A stretch of 64,000 bases of DNA from Amphiscolops sp. MND2022 (lineage: Eukaryota): assembly GCA_964187785.1 (NCBI GenBank), contig OZ076409.1, positions 68,388,001-68,452,000 on the forward strand. The letters run 5' to 3'. Both the position numbers and the translations under genes were made by a program. This document shows, one piece after another, positions 58,728 through 64,000 of the stretch (the first letter of the stretch is position 1; each line of letters begins with the position of its first letter). A model generated the notes under the pieces. The model did no database searches and was not told where the DNA came from. It was given only the letters and a program-made list of their open reading frames with translations.

Positions 58728-59453
58728 TGTAACGGCAAGCTGTTGTCGATCACTAAACACGATACCAGAGGTGGAGGAACCTGAGGAAATGGGTGAATCG
58801 CTCGGGACAGGCGCCCATCGCCACAGATCAATTTTGCTTCCAGGGGTGAAATACGTCCCGAGGCGGTGTTTCAACGAATACTGTCCGACCGGTCCTAGTC
58901 TTTTATTGCTAATAGTAACAGGCATCTCTCTTTGCTGATTCCAGAGACTATTGCTTAACTAGCTTGTAGAAACAACACCGAGTACAAGGTAAATTTCCAA
59001 TCGCAGGGTCACATGGTAATAATATCTAAAATCCGGAATAGTATCTAAACTAGCGCTCGAGCTAGTGATTACAGCCAAAATCAATGAAAATACATGAAAA
59101 CAGGCACGAATACGGCAATTTACACAGCTACCAGCTGGGGCGCAGTGACTCCAAGCACCAAAAAAGGTTAATTAGGCTACAGGACACATTTGACTGGTTT
59201 CCATACATAATGCAAAATTCAATGAAAACCAGGGTTAGCACCTAAAAAAGAGTGTTTTTTCCTAGTTCTCTAAGCTCTCAAGCTGTTCCGTTCTCTGCGT
59301 TCTTGCTCGGTCTTGCTCGGTCCTCATTTTGCATTGCAAATGGCGAAAATAACGAAAACGTCACACATCGAATTCGAATTTATCAGAAAATTTTTGACAT
59401 GTCACACTTCCAAGAATTGGCTGTGTCAGAGGGTCCCGTTCCAAATAGTTACA
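58728..59453 (-). mobile_element. Solo-LTR-like element, family X, second copy
   Basis: TGTAAC...GTTACA ends; homologous to 23989-24734. Confidence 0.65.
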
Positions 59454-59522
59454 ATTGTCTTCCGGCTCGTGCAGCTAGCGTAGTGGAACGCCAGTTGTGG
59501 GTGAAGTGTGGATCTCACATTA

Positions 59523-60315
59523 GAGTGCATATGCAAGCTTAATTTGCTCAAAGCGCAACTTTGTGCTTTCAATACCTCGGATTCCACGACCATACCTTTA
59601 ATTGGCAATTACGTCATATGTCTCGGATTCCACGGATTTCGTCGTGGATTCCAGTAACAAATGCTTAGCTGTGCGCACTGTCGGCATGCCGCTGTGTCCC
59701 GGATTCCACAAAAACGTAAGTTTTGCAAAATGAACTAATCAGATTGCAGAAATCATGAACTTCCTGGATTCCAGGACTTTGTGCTTGACGCGATTCGCGG
59801 CATCTCTTCTTGAATTAAATTCAAGTGGATGACCGAACAAACATAATATTATGCACTATTTTTCGTATATTAACTCAAAATGATTCAGACAAACACACCA
59901 ATATCACATAAATATTCGTATTTTTCCAAGTTAAGCCAGTTTTGAACAAACTGCCAGATCATCACAATTTGCCATTTTTTGATGATATGCTGCAATTTTG
60001 GTACCAGTGATGAGTATCTCTCTTTAGGATTTTTCGTGTCAATCAAAACAATTTCCTTTGATATAAAATTAATTTAATTAAAAGTTATTTTGCCTTTCCA
60101 ATAATAATTACTTGAAATCAGCGGACCAATCAGAGAACAGCGACAAAAGCGTCATTATAGCAGCAGTATTGGCGTGGAATCCAGGACAAGCACTGTCGTG
60201 GAATCCAAGACACGCTCAACATCAAAGGGAAATTTGGTCCTGGATTCCACGACTTTTCTCAATTTTCGTGTCCCGGATTCCACGAAAAGCAGCAAAATAG
60301 CTTGCCTGTGCACTG
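59523..60315. mobile_element. Old MITE with TA flanks and repeated GGATTCCAC motifs
   Basis: TA|GAGTGCATATGCAAGCTTAATTTGCT pairs with AGCAAAATAGCTTGCCTGTGCACTG|TA; multiple GGATTCCA/TGGAATCC copies inside. Confidence 0.6.
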
Positions 60316-61223
60316 TAATGCAATCTTCACCAGTTTGTTATACTCGGGTGATTATTGTAATGAGTCGATTTGATTATCTTTGTTAGAAGTATATACGTTG
60401 TTGCTGCTTTCATTTCGTGACCAATCGAATGGAGCCGAAGAGAATCTCGGAGAAAATACCCGCAGAGCTAGTCATTGAAGCAAAAGGCTTATCCACGAAA
60501 CAATTTTTTTGTAAGAAATCGATCCTTGGGAAAATGTCTCTACCCTTGTAACAACCTAAATTTCTAAATACACAAACAGTTGTAACCAGAACAGGGTCTG
60601 TTTCTTTCCCCGATTTACCCAACCCAATTTGCCATGTTATGGTTGTATAATCGAACGATAGAGGTCTCTTTGAGAATTTCAAAACGACTATGTTATGTTT
60701 GTAGCATAAAAGTGATGAAAATGAAAATGGCCAAAATAATCCCCATAAAGTGCAAAAATTGTGAACTATTTTCTAATTTATTTTTCCTATCAATCTCTCG
60801 TTTCAGACAAGTGGTCAAGAACGTTTTAATATTATTATTGGCATGGGCATCTGCAGAGTTCAGCAACAAAATAATTAGCACTTTAGCATACTTTTTAAAT
60901 GACACCCGAAGTTTTTGTTCTGAAGATAATCAGCAATTTCAAATTTTTGATTGTTTAAGTTTGGAAAGTTGGCCTTGACATTGATTTTTTGATTACGCTC
61001 GAGCCATTGAAATTTTCTAAAATGTTTTAGAGCCGAAAATAATCCCGTCTTCAGTGGACTTCTTGTATTTCAGTATTAGGGCCATCTTTGCTAGTTCAAC
61101 AGCTATTGCCCAGCTATGATTAACAGCTACATCCCATCACATAATTTTTAACACATAGAATTATATGATTTCATTCAGACAATTCGATGCTGTTTTCGTG
61201 AACCGTACTGCGTCGACATACAT

Positions 61224-61936
61224 TGTAACGTCCAGCAACTGATGCTACAAAAAATTCGTTCAAAAAGTTGAAATTGTGCGACAATCTTCAAAATGAAGAT
61301 GGCCGACCTGGCAGGTACCCAAAATCAAAAAGGAACCCAATAAAAGTGCAAATCACCCCCACCCCGTCCCGATTGCAAAGAAGAGTGCAGAAAAGAGCCC
61401 CAGAAGCGAGAGAAGATAGAAAATCACAGTTGTGTGGCGTCTTGTCCAGAAAATGTCCTGGAAAATCCCAAAAAGGAAGTCAACCCGTCGATGGTATACC
61501 CCAAAAAACTCTGAAAACTTCATGAGACAGCAGGATGTGCTAGTTTCAGTGTATTTCATTGTTAACTTATTTCATTGTTATTTAGCAGATTTGCGATGAA
61601 ACTGGATCTAGCAGAGTCCAATTTTGCCGATTTTAGACCTTATTCTGCAATTATAATGTACTTTGGCTAAACCCTGTTTTTGAACCTCGGGAGTATGCAG
61701 GAATCTTAAGATCCGTTTTTACAGGCTTGTGGGACGTGTCCGGACTTTGAGTGTGCCGGCACGTCGCCACGGAGCTCTAATTTGAGGAGTCACCTTAGAC
61801 GTATAAAAAAGTCCCCTAGGCGACCTTTATGGACTACAAACTAGTGTTTAGGTTAGCTTTAGGACTATGGTTTCCTGTCTAGGCAACGTGATCATTGTCC
61901 CAGTTCTAATATGTGCGTCACTAGCTTGACGTTACA
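61224..61936 (-). mobile_element. Solo-LTR-like element, family Y, second copy
   Basis: TGTAACGTC...GACGTTACA ends; flanks ATACAT/ATACAT. Confidence 0.72.
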
Positions 61937-62453
61937 ATACATACAATACATACAATCATTTGGCATCATTCAGGGAATCCTCCGATCTTAGCTAGAGCAA
62001 GAACATAAAAAAGCCCTAAAATTACGCTAGCTCATGAGACGTATATTTGCTTAGCTAAACCATTTTCTCCTGTTTCAAGTTTTTGGGGCTCGAAGCATCT
62101 GAAAGATTTCCAAGTTTGACAAATGTAAATGTTTCTACGGAAATACATATTTCCTAGTTTTTGAGGTTGTACTCATTCTCAGTTACTACGTTGCTGATGT
62201 ACCGATAGCTCGAAGTAACTACCAATTTTTCATCAATCAATCACAATGAAACAGACATAAAAATGTCCAAGCAAGTTGTTTGCAAGAGTTTTTGGGAAAA
62301 CCCTCACATATTTTTCCAGTGGAAATAAAACCTCCTATCTTCAATGGATTTCCTTTCAGCAAAAAGTTTTGGGAAACAAAGCGAAACGAATTTTTTTCTC
62401 TTTTTACTTAGAAAAATAACGAGGCAGGATTCGACCGAGTAATTTCACCAATT

Positions 62454-62793
62454 GTCATTTAGAAAATTAACAGTTTTGACATCAAAGTGGTAACACTACC
62501 ACCTGATTTCAAATTCAAATATGACACTCTTAAATTATTTGCAGGATTCATTCTCGCAATTTGTTTATTTTGATGGAAACACCCCAACTATAACTATGCT
62601 AATATTGTACCCAAAAAGTCCCCACATTTCCACATATTTGATTGTTATTTAGGAAATAAACAGTTTTGCCGTCAAAATGGTAGCATTCCCATCTTATTTC
62701 AAATTCAATTACGACACTCTCAAAATATTTGCTATCTTTAAATATTTGTTCTCGCAATTTGTTCATTTTGATGAAAACACCCCAATTATAACT
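62454..62793. repeat. Two diverged tandem copies of a ~190-bp unit
   Basis: TTTAG.AAAT.AACAGTTTTG...ACACCCCAA.TATAACT at ~62454 and ~62643. Confidence 0.75.
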
Positions 62794-63722
62794 CAGTTAT
62801 AATTCATGACTAAATCCAAATCTCACATCAAACAGCTGCTCTCCGGCTACATTTGATCTAATGAGAACAAACCACGAAATTTGTAGCTACTCAACCACTC
62901 AAAAAAATTTTCAACCGACATAGGTAAGCGATTAACAATTAATATCAATTCTCATTTCCGATAGAAAACGGGACGAGAACGTCTCAAGTCGGCAATCCTC
63001 TCAAGGCTCGAAAAGTGTAAAGTCTTTGTAAAATAATCAGGGCAATTTCCAAGAATTTCTAATCAAATTTGGGATCGAGAAACTCTTTTCTCTAACTAGA
63101 ACGATTGAAAAACCCAAAAATTTTTCGAAAAATTTACTTTCGAAAAAATCGCACGGTGCTTTTGATCTTCGAAATTTGCGTACATGAATAATAATTTTTA
63201 GATCTACGCCGTATTTAAAGACCCATTTTAACTTTCAAATCAAGTGGTGGGTCGTTGTCTTAAAGTCAGTTCAAACTAGACAGGAACCGCTCAAAGAAGC
63301 CGTTTTATAGAATTTCTGAAAAATCTCAGTCCTGGAAAATGCCAATTGGGCTTGAAGTATCTATTTATATAAAACGTTAAGAAACCAAAGGCACTCTTTT
63401 GTGGTAGGAATTGTTTGAAAAAGTCACACCGGGCCAAAAAAAAACAAAGTTAGTGTGAGCTTGGAAGCCTAAAATTATCTGCTCATTCAATTCGTCTAGT
63501 TGAAGGCAAACAGCCTTGGGAAAAAGTAAAGCACACGGATATGAACTAAAAAGCATGTAAACTTTAAAAGGCACTAAATGTTGTTCAAATAGAAAGAACT
63601 GAACAAACGTTGCCTGAATTTTCACATAATTACCGATGTTCTCCGATTTGAACTATCAACGAACCACGACTTTCTAAACCTTTATTTCTTAAACATAATA
63701 GAAGTTTTGTTTGATGTCCTAA

Positions 63723-64000
63723 TTTTTAGTCGGCTCTTCTCTTAAGAAAAGAGTCAACTCTAGTCATGGTTTTTCGTCAGTGATTTTTTTCGATACACCT
63801 GAAGTGACCAAAATAGTTCTACCAAAAGTTCTACAAAATTTAAACGAAGGCGCTAAATTGTACCGGTTGGCCCAGGGCACTGAACCAAAAAGGTTTTTCC
63901 TGTTTTCCGCGTAACCTACAATACCGGGCGAGACTAAAGGATCTCCCTTTCAGTTTTTTTTGGTATTGTGAGCTTTTTTTCAAAAAAAGATCCTCAAGGG
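63723..64000 (+). mobile_element. HINE family A copy running off the window end
   Basis: TTTTTAGTCGGC start; reverse complement of 4590-4725 joined to 5568-5626. Confidence 0.8.

Overview
AT-rich, repeat-dense genomic DNA from a eukaryote, almost certainly an invertebrate animal (spliceosomal GT-AG introns, metazoan-type transposons); the species cannot be fixed from sequence alone. Two host genes can be reconstructed by hand with consistent splice phases: the last four coding exons of an eIF4B-like gene (1-1430, +) and a ~29-kb BTB-BACK-Kelch (KLHL-type) gene with 13 identifiable coding exons (26722-55568, +). Most of the rest is mobile DNA. There are two full-length but mutated Ty3/Gypsy (Mag-like) LTR retrotransposons with tRNA-Ser-type PBS and 5-bp TSDs (8522-13954 and 16012-22013, both -), a truncated third relative, a Tc1 (DD34E) fossil, a 5'-truncated LINE with an open RT ORF, an LTR-less BEL/Pao pol fragment, a tRNA-derived SINE, several MITEs, four TGTAAC...GTTACA solo-LTR-like elements, and about 20 non-autonomous Helentron-type (HINE/DINE-1-like) elements in two or three families. 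The most interesting inference is that both Gypsy elements carry a long RNaseH-integrase spacer holding a promoter-like motif array (CCAAT, E2F-like, CHR-like, plus an RFX X-box in one and a GC box in the other) directly before an in-frame, strong-context ATG (MGxxxS in one). This suggests a separately expressed integrase. All calls were made by eye, without alignments or database searches.
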